Source: Micrococcales bacterium (GTDB lineage: Bacteria > Actinomycetota > Actinomycetes > Actinomycetales > WQXJ01). From it: DNA of 64,000 nucleotides. The notes beneath the pieces are model-generated. The model made no database searches. It saw only the letters and a list, made by a program, of their open reading frames with translations, and was not told where the DNA came from. Of this stretch, positions 18,404 through 27,759 are shown piece by piece; within the stretch, counting starts at the first letter, position 1, and each line of letters begins with the position of its first letter. The translations under genes were made by a program, and so were the position numbers. The stretch is taken from NCBI GenBank assembly GCA_009784895.1, contig WQXJ01000005.1:3495-67494 (forward strand). The letters are read 5' to 3'.

Positions 18404-19144
18404 GTGACCTACACAATTGTTTTCCTGCGCCACGGCGAGAGCAAGTGGAACGCCTTAAACCTGTTCACAGGTTGGGTTGATGTTGAATTATCAGACAAGG
18501 GCATCAGCGAAGCTCGGCGCGGCGGTGAGCTGCTGGTCGAGAACAACATCCTGCCGGATGTGCTGCACACATCCTTATTGCGCCGGGCCATTATGACGGC
18601 CAACCTGGTGCTTGATGCGGCCGATCGCCACTGGATTGACGTCAGGCGGTCCTGGCGGCTAAACGAGCGCCACTATGGCGCCCTGCAGGGCAAAGACAAG
18701 ACCCAAATCCGGGACGAATACGGCGATGATCAGTTCATGATTTGGCGGCGCAGCTACGACACGCCGCCTCCGCCAATCGAGCGCGGCTCGGAGTTCTCGC
18801 AGGACGCCGACCCACGCTACGCCGGGGAGCCGGAGGTGCTGACCGAGGCCCTGAAGAACGTACTGGACCGGGCTCTGCCTTACTGGCAGGACGGGATTGT
18901 GCCGGATTTGGTAGCCGGCAAGACGGTGATGGTGGCGGCTCACGGCAATTCGCTGCGGGCGCTGATCAAGCATCTCGATGGGATTTCCGACAAGGACATT
19001 GCCGGTTTGAACATTCCCACCGGAATCCCATTGGTCTATCACCTCGATGCCAACCTCAAGCCGACTAATCCGGGCGGCACCTACCTTGACCCAGAAGCGG
19101 CCGCCGCCTCGATCGCCGCTGTCGCCAACCAAGGCAAGAAGTAG
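18404..19144 (+). CDS. gpmA: 2,3-bisphosphoglycerate-dependent phosphoglycerate mutase
   Basis: [26 protein letters not shown] and [10 protein letters not shown] motifs. GTG start. Confidence 0.9.
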   Translation: MTYTIVFLRHGESKWNALNLFTGWVDVELSDKGISEARRGGELLVENNILPDVLHTSLLRRAIMTANLVLDAADRHWIDVRRSWRLNERHYGALQGKDKTQIRDEYGDDQFMIWRRSYDTPPPPIERGSEFSQDADPRYAGEPEVLTEALKNVLDRALPYWQDGIVPDLVAGKTVMVAAHGNSLRALIKHLDGISDKDIAGLNIPTGIPLVYHLDANLKPTNPGGTYLDPEAAAASIAAVANQGKK

Positions 19145-19250
19145 GCCTCTTTGGTCGGTTTGACCTGCTAGTTCACCTCGACTCGTGAGCTGGTCAAGTC
19201 CACTTCGTGCTAGACTTGGCCAGTTCGCGAGAGGGGAAGTACCCAAAAAC

Positions 19251-19742
19251 ATGGCATTCGCTGTTGGAGAGACCGTCGTTTATCCTCACCACGGAGCGGC
19301 TCTAATAGAAGACATAACCACCCGCACCATCAGGGGCGTATCTAGGACCTATCTGAAGCTGCGTGTAACCCAAGGCGATTTGACCATTGAGGTGCCGGCC
19401 GAGAACGTTGAGCTAGTTGGCGTACGCGATGTGGTTGGGCCAGAGGGTCTTGAGCAGGTTTTCTCGGTGTTACAGGCCAATGTTCGCGAAGAACCAACTA
19501 ACTGGTCCAGGCGCTATAAGGCCAATGTCGAGAAAATCGCCTCAGGCGACGTCATCAAAGTGGCTGAGGTGGTCCGTGACCTGTCCCGGCGCGACACCAA
19601 CCGCGGCCTTTCGGCAGGAGAAAAGCGCATGCTGGCCCGGGCCCGGCAAATCCTGGTCTCCGAACTGGCCTTGGCGGACAAAACCGACGAGGAGGCGGCA
19701 GAGCGTCGCCTAGATGAGGTTCTGGCCGTCACGGTGGCATGA
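19251..19742 (+). CDS. carD: RNA polymerase-binding transcription factor CarD
   Basis: [29 protein letters not shown]...LKLRV. The ATG is at 19251. The track ORF starts at 19185. Confidence 0.9.
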   Translation: MAFAVGETVVYPHHGAALIEDITTRTIRGVSRTYLKLRVTQGDLTIEVPAENVELVGVRDVVGPEGLEQVFSVLQANVREEPTNWSRRYKANVEKIASGDVIKVAEVVRDLSRRDTNRGLSAGEKRMLARARQILVSELALADKTDEEAAERRLDEVLAVTVA

Positions 19743-20212
19743 GCTACCGGACCGGCATTGGCTTTGATGCCCATCGTCTAGCCGCTGATGCGCGCCCGCT
19801 CCATTTGGCGCTGCTGCAATGGCCCGGCCAACCCGGCCTTGAGGGCCACTCCGACGGTGACGTCGTGGCCCATGCTCTAGTTGACGCCATCGCCTCTGCC
19901 GGCTGCCTTGGAGACATAGGTGAGCTTTTCGGCAGCGCCGACCCGCGGCATCGGGCGGCCAACTCGGCTCTCTTCTTAGAAGGCGTCCTTGATGAATTGA
20001 CTCAGGCCGGCTACAGCCTGGTCAACGCCGCCGTCCAGCTGATTGGTAATCAACCCCAAATCGCTCAGCGCCGGGGCGAGGCCGAGGCCGCGCTGAGCCA
20101 GGCCGTTGGGGCGCCGGTCTCGCTCAGCGCCACCACCACCGATTCGATGGGCTTCACTGGTCGAGGCGAGGGGCTGGCCGCCATCGCCACCTGTCTGGTC
20201 CAGGCCAGCTAA
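19739..20212 (+). CDS. ispF: 2-C-methyl-D-erythritol 2,4-cyclodiphosphate synthase
   Basis: GIGFDAHRL and [14 protein letters not shown] motifs. ATGA overlap with the carD stop. Confidence 0.9.
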   Translation: MSYRTGIGFDAHRLAADARPLHLALLQWPGQPGLEGHSDGDVVAHALVDAIASAGCLGDIGELFGSADPRHRAANSALFLEGVLDELTQAGYSLVNAAVQLIGNQPQIAQRRGEAEAALSQAVGAPVSLSATTTDSMGFTGRGEGLAAIATCLVQAS

Positions 20213-20231
20213 GAAAAGGTAGATTTTCGCC

Positions 20232-21662
20232 ATGGCCTTGAAGCTGTACGACACCGCCACCGGCGCGCCGCGGGACTTCGCGCCCCTGCAAAGCGGCCGA
20301 GTTGGCATCTACCAGTGCGGCGCCACCGTGCAAGGGCCGCCGCATGTTGGCCATCTGCGCCCGGCAGTTGTCTTCGACGTGCTGCGACGCTGGCTCGAAC
20401 GCCAGGTGGGAGAAGTCACGTTTATCCGCAACGTGACAGACATAGACGACAAGATCCTGGCCAAAGCCAGCCAGGCTGGCCAGCCCTGGTGGGCTTGGGC
20501 CCATCGCTTCGAGCGCGAATTCACCGCCGCCTACCAGGCCCTGGGCGTGGCCCCTCCCAGCTATGAGCCGCGGGCCACCGGGCATGTGCCGGAAATGATT
20601 GCCTTCATCGATCGTCTAATCGAGCGCGGGCACGCCTATACGGGCGAGGTTGGCAACGTTTACTTTGACGTCGCCTCGTTTGGGGCATATGGCGAGCTGA
20701 CCCACCAGCGTGTGGTTGATATGGCGCCGGCCGATGACGGTAACGTCACCGACAAGCGTTCCCCCCATGACTTTGCCTTGTGGAAGGCCTCAAAACCAGG
20801 TGAAGAGGACGCCTCATGGGCCACGCCTTGGGGGCGCGGGCGGCCCGGCTGGCATTTGGAGTGCTCAACTATGGCCCTGCGCTATTTGGGTGAGAGTTTT
20901 GACATTCACTGTGGCGGGCTTGATCTGCGTTTTCCGCATCACGAAAACGAGCAGGCCCAGTCACGGGCGGCCGGTTACGGCTTTGCCCAATTGTGGTTGC
21001 ATAACGGGCTGCTAACCGAGGCTGGCGTCAAAATGTCAAAGTCGTTGGGCAACTCGTGGCTGTTAGAAGAGTTGATCAAACAAGTCGAACCGGTGGTGGT
21101 GCGCTACGCCCTAACGGCCGCCCACTACCGCTCGACTTTGGAGTTTTCCATCGACACGCTGCACGAATCGGCCGCCGCCTGGGAGCGTGTAACTGGCTTT
21201 GTCCGCCGAGCCTCGGAGCGCTGCCAGGCCGGGGACCTAGACCAGGTGGCGTTACCGGAGGGGTTCGTCCAGGCTATGGATGACGACCTCAACACCGCTG
21301 GGGCCTTGGCCCAGGTCCATGAGGCCGTGCGCCGCGGCAACACCGCCCTAACCGATTTCGACAACGCTGAACTGGCCTTGGCACTGACCGAAACCCGGGC
21401 CATGCTGGCGGTGCTGGGGTTAGACCCATTGGCGCGGCCGTGGGATCAGGCCGGCTCGGTCGATCAGGCCTCGACCGCACTAGACGCCCTGGTGACCGAG
21501 CGGCTCGAAGCCCGGGCCAAGGCCAGGGCCGCCCGTGACTGGGCCAAGGCTGATTCGATCCGCGATGCCCTGGCCGGGGCCGGCATCCAGGTCGAAGACT
21601 CCCCGGCCGGGGTGCGTTGGCAAATCGACCAGCCCGGCCCCAACGGCAGTACCAGTCCCTGA
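20232..21662 (+). CDS. cysS: Cysteine--tRNA ligase
   Basis: HIGH-type motif PHVGHLR and the KMSKS motif. Confidence 0.95.
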   Translation: MALKLYDTATGAPRDFAPLQSGRVGIYQCGATVQGPPHVGHLRPAVVFDVLRRWLERQVGEVTFIRNVTDIDDKILAKASQAGQPWWAWAHRFEREFTAAYQALGVAPPSYEPRATGHVPEMIAFIDRLIERGHAYTGEVGNVYFDVASFGAYGELTHQRVVDMAPADDGNVTDKRSPHDFALWKASKPGEEDASWATPWGRGRPGWHLECSTMALRYLGESFDIHCGGLDLRFPHHENEQAQSRAAGYGFAQLWLHNGLLTEAGVKMSKSLGNSWLLEELIKQVEPVVVRYALTAAHYRSTLEFSIDTLHESAAAWERVTGFVRRASERCQAGDLDQVALPEGFVQAMDDDLNTAGALAQVHEAVRRGNTALTDFDNAELALALTETRAMLAVLGLDPLARPWDQAGSVDQASTALDALVTERLEARAKARAARDWAKADSIRDALAGAGIQVEDSPAGVRWQIDQPGPNGSTSP

Positions 21663-21709
21663 CCAGCCCTTTCGCCGCTAGGCCGAGGTTTCACCTAGGC
21701 TTGTGTAAC

Positions 21710-22711
21710 GTGCCAGGCAATTCCAAGCGGCGCGGAGCTGTGCGCAAACCAGGGTCAAAGAAGGGACCGGCCACCGGCAGCGGTGGCAAGTCTCGCCGTG
21801 CCCTCGAAGGCAAGGGCCCAACCCCCAAGGCGGAGGCCCGGCCCTACCATCCGGCAGCCAAACGAGCGGCCGAGGCGGCCGGGCGTCAGGCCCAAGCCAA
21901 GGCCAAAGCTCGGCGTCAAACGGCTCCGAGCGGCGGCGATAGGCCGGTCGGTGGAGCTGGCGACTATGTAGTCGGTCGCAATTCCGTGCTCGAGGCCTTG
22001 CGGGCCAGGGTACCGGCCCTGCGGCTGGACCTGGCCATCGGTCTAGACCCAGACGACCGAGTGACCGAAGCGATCAGGTTAGCCACCGACCGGGGCTTGC
22101 CGATCGAAGAATTGCCAAAGCCAGACCTAGAGCGACAATGCCGCAGTTCTTCTCACCAAGGTATTGCCCTCAAAGCCGTGCCCTACCAGTACGCCAAAGC
22201 GGCCGAACTGCTTGACAGCGCCAGCCGGCGCGGCCAAACCCCGTTGATCGTGGTGCTCGATTCGGTCACCGATCCGCATAACCTAGGTGCGGTCTTACGG
22301 GCCGGGGCGGCATTTGGCGCCCATGGTCTGGTCATCCGCGAGAGGCGCTCGGCCCAGATGGGTCCAACCGCCTGGAAAGTCTCGGCCGGCGCCGCCGCCC
22401 GGATCCCGGTGGCCCGGGCCACCAACCTGGTACGCACCTTGGAGTTCTTCAAGGATGAGGGTCTGTTTGTAGTTGGTTTGGACGGTCGAGCCAAGGACAA
22501 TGTGGCCGGGCTTCCGGTGGCGACCTCCGGCCTGGTACTGGTGGTCGGGTCGGAAGGTAAAGGCCTGGCCCGCCTGACCCGCGAAGCCTGCGACCTGACC
22601 GCGGCCATCGAAATCCAGGCCGCCACTGAATCGCTCAACGCCGCCGTGGCCGCCGGCATTGCGCTGTACGAGGTAGCCAAAGCCCGCCGCCAGCCAAGCC
22701 CAGCAGAGTGA
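21710..22711 (+). CDS. rlmB: 23S rRNA 2'-O-ribose methyltransferase, TrmH/SpoU family (RlmB-like), with basic N-terminal extension
   Basis: SpoU motifs VVLDSVTDPHNLGAVLR and LVVGSEGKGL...IEIQAATESLNAAVAAGIALYE. The likely start is GTG 21710. The track ORF start at 21617 overlaps cysS. Confidence 0.8.
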   Translation: MPGNSKRRGAVRKPGSKKGPATGSGGKSRRALEGKGPTPKAEARPYHPAAKRAAEAAGRQAQAKAKARRQTAPSGGDRPVGGAGDYVVGRNSVLEALRARVPALRLDLAIGLDPDDRVTEAIRLATDRGLPIEELPKPDLERQCRSSSHQGIALKAVPYQYAKAAELLDSASRRGQTPLIVVLDSVTDPHNLGAVLRAGAAFGAHGLVIRERRSAQMGPTAWKVSAGAAARIPVARATNLVRTLEFFKDEGLFVVGLDGRAKDNVAGLPVATSGLVLVVGSEGKGLARLTREACDLTAAIEIQAATESLNAAVAAGIALYEVAKARRQPSPAE

Positions 22712-22732
22712 CCGGCCCACCCCTCAGTCCAA

Positions 22733-22770
22733 CTTGAGGTCGGGGCGCGAGGCTGAGCTTTGGCACAGTC
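22733..22770. repeat. Solo diverged copy of the 32-bp repeat family, between convergent rlmB and the DUF4032 gene
   Basis: CTTGAGGTCGGGGC GCGAGGCTGAGCTTTGGCACAGTC. Compare GCGAGGTCGAGCTTTGGCATAAC in the 2.2-kb array and AGGTCGGGGCG at 41968-41978. Confidence 0.6.
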
Positions 22771-22783
22771 CGGCCTAACTGAG

Positions 22784-24043
22784 TTAGTCAGGGTGGGAGC
22801 CGTCGGTCAAGGGCAGCTCGTCGGTGTTTTCCAGGATTAGTGATTCCTCGTCGCGGCGGTGACGCAAGATCGAGTCGATGTAGTTCTGGACAGCCTCAGC
22901 CATAGGCACATGGCGGTTTTGGTCTTGTGACATGAACCAGCGGTGGTCCAGAACCTCGTGGTAGATCTGAGAAAGTTCGAGTTTGCCGCGTAGCTCGGGC
23001 GGAACCGCCCGGACGGTCGGCTCGAATACGTCAGTTAGCCAGTTGTGGGCAACATAGTCCTCATCCAGGTCGCTTTGACCGGAAGAGGCGCGGTAGGTGT
23101 CCAAATCGTTGAGCAGCCGCCGGGCCTGGTTTTCCTGTACATCCAGGCCGGTCAAGCGGAAGAGGCGGCGCTGGTGGTGACCGGCATCGACCACCTGGGG
23201 TCTAATCCGCACAGCCGAACCGCTTTGGTTGGACACCATGGACAACTCGGCCACGTCGAAGCCCAGTTCATTCAATCGGTTGATGCGCTCTTCGAGGCGC
23301 CAAGGGGCGTCTTGATCAACCGTCTCCTCGGCGGTCAGCGCGGTCCAAAGTTGGTGGTAGCGATCAACCAAGAAGTCACCAATTGCCACCGGGTCAATGT
23401 CGCCCTCCAGCATCTGGCCGGCCTCAAGGTCCATCAGCTCACCGATCACGTTGACGTGGGCCAATTCGAGGTCGTAGAGCCGTTGACCCTGGGTCAGCTG
23501 CTCGTGCAGATCGCCGGTTTCAGCATCGACCAAATAGGCCGCAAAGGCGTGGGCGTCACGTCTAAACAAGGTGTTGGACAGTGAAACGTCACCCCAGTAA
23601 AAGCCAATCAAATGGAGGCGAACCACCAGCAGGGCCAGGGCGTCAAGCAGCCGGGTGGCAGTCTCCGGTCTGAGACGTTGGGCCAGTAAGGCCCGGTACG
23701 GCAATGAGAATCTCAGGTGTTGGGTGACCAAGGCCGCGCCCAGGTCCTCGCCGTCCTGGCTGCTGCGACCGGCCACCACCGCCACTGGCTCGACACTAGG
23801 CTCGTTTAGTCCCTTGAGGTCTTTGAGCAACTGGTATTCGCGCCGAGCCACCGACTCGGTGATCTCTTTGACAGCCAAAACCCGGTCAGATAGGCGCACA
23901 AATCGCACCACATGTCGCGAAATACCTCGCGGCAAGGCCACCACCACCGAATCTGGCCACTCCTCCAGCGGCAGATCCCAGGGCAGGGAGAGCAGGGCCG
24001 GGTTCGGCTCGGCCGCGGTGATGGTCAGAGGTCCAGGCACCAA
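22784..24043 (-). CDS. DUF4032 domain protein with lipopolysaccharide-kinase-like (protein-kinase-fold) N-terminal half
   Basis: LPWDLPLEEWPD...LPRGISRHVVRFVRL...AVKE...YWGDVSLSNTLFRRDA...AYLVDAETG is a family hallmark as I recall it. TTG/GTG start at 24043/24040. Confidence 0.7.
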   Translation of the reverse strand: MVPGPLTITAAEPNPALLSLPWDLPLEEWPDSVVVALPRGISRHVVRFVRLSDRVLAVKEITESVARREYQLLKDLKGLNEPSVEPVAVVAGRSSQDGEDLGAALVTQHLRFSLPYRALLAQRLRPETATRLLDALALLVVRLHLIGFYWGDVSLSNTLFRRDAHAFAAYLVDAETGDLHEQLTQGQRLYDLELAHVNVIGELMDLEAGQMLEGDIDPVAIGDFLVDRYHQLWTALTAEETVDQDAPWRLEERINRLNELGFDVAELSMVSNQSGSAVRIRPQVVDAGHHQRRLFRLTGLDVQENQARRLLNDLDTYRASSGQSDLDEDYVAHNWLTDVFEPTVRAVPPELRGKLELSQIYHEVLDHRWFMSQDQNRHVPMAEAVQNYIDSILRHRRDEESLILENTDELPLTDGSHPD

Positions 24044-24068
24044 AAACGCCGTCCTACTGTCTTAGACG

Positions 24069-24100
24069 CGGCGGCCTCACCGCCGGCTGGCCGGCCAGCC
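24069..24100 (-). terminator. Two adjacent GC hairpins downstream of msiK
   Basis: Perfect 16-bp palindrome GGCTGGCCGGCCAGCC (24085-24100) plus CGGCGG cctca CCGCCG (24069-24085). No U-tract follows. Confidence 0.3.
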
Positions 24101-24141
24101 CAGGGCGGGACCGCGCGCCCGGTTGTACTTGTCTGTTGCTC

Positions 24142-25257
24142 CTAGCCGTCCAGCCGTTCACCGCTGGCGGAGGAGAAGGTGTGTTGGGCGCCGGGGTTGA
24201 TCGCTACGTAGACCGCTTCGCCCTTCTTGGGCACTGAGCGTGGGTCCACCCTGGCAATCAGCTCGCCACCTTGCAACGTAGTAGTCTCCGGGTCATCGCC
24301 AATAATCGAACCGTAGGCGTAGGCATCCGAACCCAGCTCTTCGACAATGTCGATTTGGACCGGGATGGACCCTGGGGCCTGCTTGTCTGACACCGTCACG
24401 TTCTCAGGCCTAAAGCCCAAAGTGACCTTGCCTACATCGGCCGGGGTTAACCCCGCCACAACGGCCGGGGCCAGCGGCAACTGGGCGCCGCCCACCTGGG
24501 CTGAGTCTCCAGTCACCGGGAAGGTACCAAGGTTCATGGCCGGCGAGCCAATAAAACTGGCCACGAAAACGTTACCTGGCGTGTCATACAAGGTCAGCGG
24601 CGTGCCAACCTGTTGCAGCAAACCATCTTTGAGCACCGCGATGCGGTCACCCATGGTTAGAGCCTCGGTCTGGTCATGGGTGACGTAAACCGTGGTGACG
24701 CCTAGCCGCCGCTGCAATGAGGCAATCTGGGTGCGGGTCGAGACACGTAGCTTGGCGTCGAGGTTCGACAGCGGCTCATCCATCAAAAAGACCCGCGGCT
24801 GGCGCACAATTGCCCGGCCCATGGCCACACGTTGGCGCTGGCCGCCGGATAGAGCTTTGGGCTTGCGGGCCAAATATTCGGTCAGGTCGAGAATCTTGGC
24901 GGCCTCTTCGACCCGCTGGCGGATCTCCGCCTTGGGCATACCAGCGATCTTGAGGGCAAAGCCCATATTGTCGGCCACTGTCATATGCGGGTAAAGGGCG
25001 TAATTCTGGAAGACCATGGCGATATCGCGGTCCTTTGGTTGGACGTCGGTGACATCGCGTTCGCCAATCAGAATGCGGCCGTCGTTGACTTCCTCCAGGC
25101 CAGCCAGCATACGCAACGAGGTTGATTTGCCGCAGCCCGAAGGCCCAACCAAAACCAGGAATTCGCCGTCTTCAATGTGGAGGTCGAGGTGGTCAACGGC
25201 GGGAGTCTCAGAGCCCGGATAAATCCGGGTGGCTCCATCAAAAGTTACAGTCGCCAT
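24142..25257 (-). CDS. msiK: Sugar ABC transporter ATP-binding protein (MsiK/UgpC/MalK type)
   Basis: Walker A GPSGCGKST, signature LSGGQRQR, Walker B VFLMDEPLS, and a C-terminal MalK-like regulatory domain. No cognate permease genes are adjacent, which is typical of a shared MsiK ATPase. Confidence 0.85.
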   Translation of the reverse strand: MATVTFDGATRIYPGSETPAVDHLDLHIEDGEFLVLVGPSGCGKSTSLRMLAGLEEVNDGRILIGERDVTDVQPKDRDIAMVFQNYALYPHMTVADNMGFALKIAGMPKAEIRQRVEEAAKILDLTEYLARKPKALSGGQRQRVAMGRAIVRQPRVFLMDEPLSNLDAKLRVSTRTQIASLQRRLGVTTVYVTHDQTEALTMGDRIAVLKDGLLQQVGTPLTLYDTPGNVFVASFIGSPAMNLGTFPVTGDSAQVGGAQLPLAPAVVAGLTPADVGKVTLGFRPENVTVSDKQAPGSIPVQIDIVEELGSDAYAYGSIIGDDPETTTLQGGELIARVDPRSVPKKGEAVYVAINPGAQHTFSSASGERLDG

Positions 25258-25269
25258 TTACTTGTCATC

Positions 25270-25310
25270 CCTTCACCGGCAGGTACGTGCCGGACGATCC
25301 GTTGTGAAGG
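25270..25310 (-). promoter_or_regulatory. Nested stem-loop in the msiK 5' leader overlapping the SD; candidate msiK RNA motif
   Basis: The minus-strand RNA reads CCUUCAC-AACGGAUCGU-[CCGGCA CGUACC UGCCGG]-UGAAGG-GAUGACAAGUAA-AUG. The 3' arm covers the GAAGGGA SD. Confidence 0.4.
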
Positions 25311-25523
25311 CGTCACCTACTTGGCGACACACCTGCTCAGCCGTTGAGCATTGGAGGCCATGATTCCACACCAGGACTGGTCGCAAAAGGGACCTTTTCG
25401 CTGGTACGCAGATTTGAGACGGCCGATGCCGGGCCGCGTCCCAAGCCCAAAGCCTTACGCCGGTGCGGCGCGTCCTACTGCCGTCGGTTGCGTCCCACGG
25501 GACTGGTCCGCCAGCCGCCTAGG

Positions 25524-27650
25524 TCACCAGCCGGCACCAACCTGGATCTTGCCGGTGAAGCCGCCGCCCTTTTTACCTGGGTAGAAGTAGAGAATACCGG
25601 TGGCGTTGTCCCGGCCTAGAACGTCGTTTATCCGGTCGCCGTTCAGGTCCGCCCCACCGATCAAGGCGTAAGCATTCCAGCCGTGGCCAACTTGACGTTT
25701 GCCTGAGAATCCGCCTTTGCCGTTGCCGGCGTAGAGGAAAAGGTAGCCATCCGGGTCAATACCGAGAATGTCGGCTTTGCCGTCACCGGTCAGGTCGCCG
25801 CCGGGAACCAATTGGAAGCCCAGCCAACCGTAACCAACTTTCGGATAGGGGGATTTGAAGCCGCCTTTGCCGTTGCCGGCGTAAAGGAAGAGATCGCCGC
25901 TGGACTTATTGACAGCCAGCAGGTCGGGGTTGCCATCGGAGGTTAGGTCACCACTGGGGATGACGTTGTAAGCCGACCAGCCATGGCCAATTTGGACCGG
26001 GTTGGTTAGGTAGCCGTTGCCGCGGCCGGCAAAGAGATACATATTGCCAGCCGCGTCCATACCGAGCAGGTCGTTGCGGCGGTCGCCATTCCAATCGCCT
26101 GGGGCGTACATGGTGACGCCTTGAAAACCAGTGCCAACTAGCAGCGGGCTGCCCAGCCGGCCGTTGCCCAAGCCGGGGAAGACCAATAGGCCGCCGTCTG
26201 AGGCCCTGACCGCCACCACGTCAGCCCGGCCGTCGCCGGTCAGGTCCGGGCTCAAGATGATCTGGCTCATAGACGGGATGTAGATGGGCGGTGGTGGCGG
26301 AGTCGGAGGGATGTCGCCCAGCTTCGCCAGGGCCGCCTGGACATTCAAGATGCCATAGCCGGTGTTGTTGTTGTGGGAGCCGTTGCCCTTGGCCGTAGCG
26401 GTCAAGACGCTGGCGACTTGGGCCGGAGTCAGGCTCGGGCTCAGACGCAGCACAATGGCGGCGGCAGTCGCCACTAACGGTGCGCTAAACGAGGTGCCGT
26501 CCTGGTAGGCCCAAGAGTTTTGCGTAAAGGTGGCAACCGAAACACCTGGGGCGGCAATGTCGACAGCCGAGTTGTAGGTTGAGAAACTAGCCACGGCACC
26601 AGCTGAATTGGTTGCCGCCACTGAAATGACTGGGGCATAGGCCGCTGGGTAAACCACAGGGTTGGCCACGCCGTTGATCGAGGTGTTGCCGTAGTTGCCG
26701 GCGCTGGCCACCACCACCACGTTCTTGGAAATGGCATAGTCAACGGCAGCCTGGAAGTTGGAGGGCATGGCCGTACCGGTGAAGCCCAACGACATGTTGA
26801 TCACCCGAGCACCGCCCGTATCAACCGCGGCGTAAATCGAGTTGATAATGGCCGTGTCTGTCATCAGCTGGGTCGAAGCACTGGAAACCTTGTAGACAAT
26901 GACCTTCTGATCCCAGCCGGCACTGGCCAGCAAAGTGCCGTTATTAGTGCAGCCGCCCATCAAGCCGGCAGTGGCCGTGCCGTGATAGGTGACCCCGTCG
27001 CTGCCCATGTTGGTTGGGTTGACGTTGGTGTTGTTGTCGCCGTAGTTGTAGCCGGCCACGATCTGGCCGCATTGGGCATCGGGGTGGTTCATCTGGAAGC
27101 CAGTGTCAATATCTGCGATTGGCGCCATTGACGACTGGTTGGCCACCGTCAGAGCCGGCCAGGCACCTTGGAAGTTGGCGCCGCCAGCGCCGGTGAAGTA
27201 GGCGTACTGGTTGGCTAGGGCCGGGTCATTTGGGTTCCCGGCGTACATCGGCTCGGCCGTGAAGCCATAGTCAACTGCCTCAACTAGGCCGGCATTGACC
27301 AGTTCGTCCGCGACCGCTTGCGAAGTGCCGACGTCACTGGTGGTGATTTCCATGGTGACGTCGCGCTGGCCGCCCCCGTCTAGATCGGCTTCACCCAGTC
27401 TGGGTGAATTAGTGACCTCCGCCACCTTCTGCTCGATCTGGTCCTGGCTGACTCCATCGGCCGGGATCAGGACGAGCCGTTCGCCATCAACATTGGCCTC
27501 ATCGGGGTCCAAGGCAGGACCATCGGCGCTGGCGGCCGGGCTCGGGGCAGCATAGGCCAGGTTGTCGCTTTCGAGGGCAAGAGGCGCCACCACTACGGTC
27601 AGAGCGACGATAACCGCGACGTGGGCAAATCGAGTTTTGAAGCGAACCAC
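25524..27650 (-). CDS. Secreted subtilisin-like serine protease (peptidase S8) with C-terminal FG-GAP repeat domain
   Basis: Signal/TM segment VVRFKTRFAHVAVIVALTVVVAPLALE, then a propeptide-like region. Catalytic triad contexts: Asp ADIDTGF, His HGTATAGLMGG, Ser GTSFSAPLVATAAA. A PPTPPPPP linker leads to five FG-GAP blades. The GTG at 27650 has GGAGA upstream. The track ORF starts at 27725. Confidence 0.85.
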   Translation of the reverse strand: MVRFKTRFAHVAVIVALTVVVAPLALESDNLAYAAPSPAASADGPALDPDEANVDGERLVLIPADGVSQDQIEQKVAEVTNSPRLGEADLDGGGQRDVTMEITTSDVGTSQAVADELVNAGLVEAVDYGFTAEPMYAGNPNDPALANQYAYFTGAGGANFQGAWPALTVANQSSMAPIADIDTGFQMNHPDAQCGQIVAGYNYGDNNTNVNPTNMGSDGVTYHGTATAGLMGGCTNNGTLLASAGWDQKVIVYKVSSASTQLMTDTAIINSIYAAVDTGGARVINMSLGFTGTAMPSNFQAAVDYAISKNVVVVASAGNYGNTSINGVANPVVYPAAYAPVISVAATNSAGAVASFSTYNSAVDIAAPGVSVATFTQNSWAYQDGTSFSAPLVATAAAIVLRLSPSLTPAQVASVLTATAKGNGSHNNNTGYGILNVQAALAKLGDIPPTPPPPPIYIPSMSQIILSPDLTGDGRADVVAVRASDGGLLVFPGLGNGRLGSPLLVGTGFQGVTMYAPGDWNGDRRNDLLGMDAAGNMYLFAGRGNGYLTNPVQIGHGWSAYNVIPSGDLTSDGNPDLLAVNKSSGDLFLYAGNGKGGFKSPYPKVGYGWLGFQLVPGGDLTGDGKADILGIDPDGYLFLYAGNGKGGFSGKRQVGHGWNAYALIGGADLNGDRINDVLGRDNATGILYFYPGKKGGGFTGKIQVGAGW
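25527..26284 (-). repeat. Five tandem ~50-aa FG-GAP/VCBS-like blades (coding repeat)
   Basis: DLTGDGRADVV, GDWNGDRRNDLL, GDLTSDGNPDLL, GDLTGDGKADIL and ADLNGDRINDVL, each followed by ...GNG.GGF....VG.GW. The 23-nt string ccgcctttgccgttgccggcgta occurs at both 25711-25733 and 25861-25883, a 150-bp period. Confidence 0.85.
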
Positions 27651-27759
27651 TAGCGAGTCTCCATTTCGGTCCGGGGGCTGTCGCGTGGCATCTGAAACGT
27701 TACGTGTAGACCCTATCGAATCCAAGTGCCGAAGAGTATTCCTCCCAGGGAGAAAGCGG

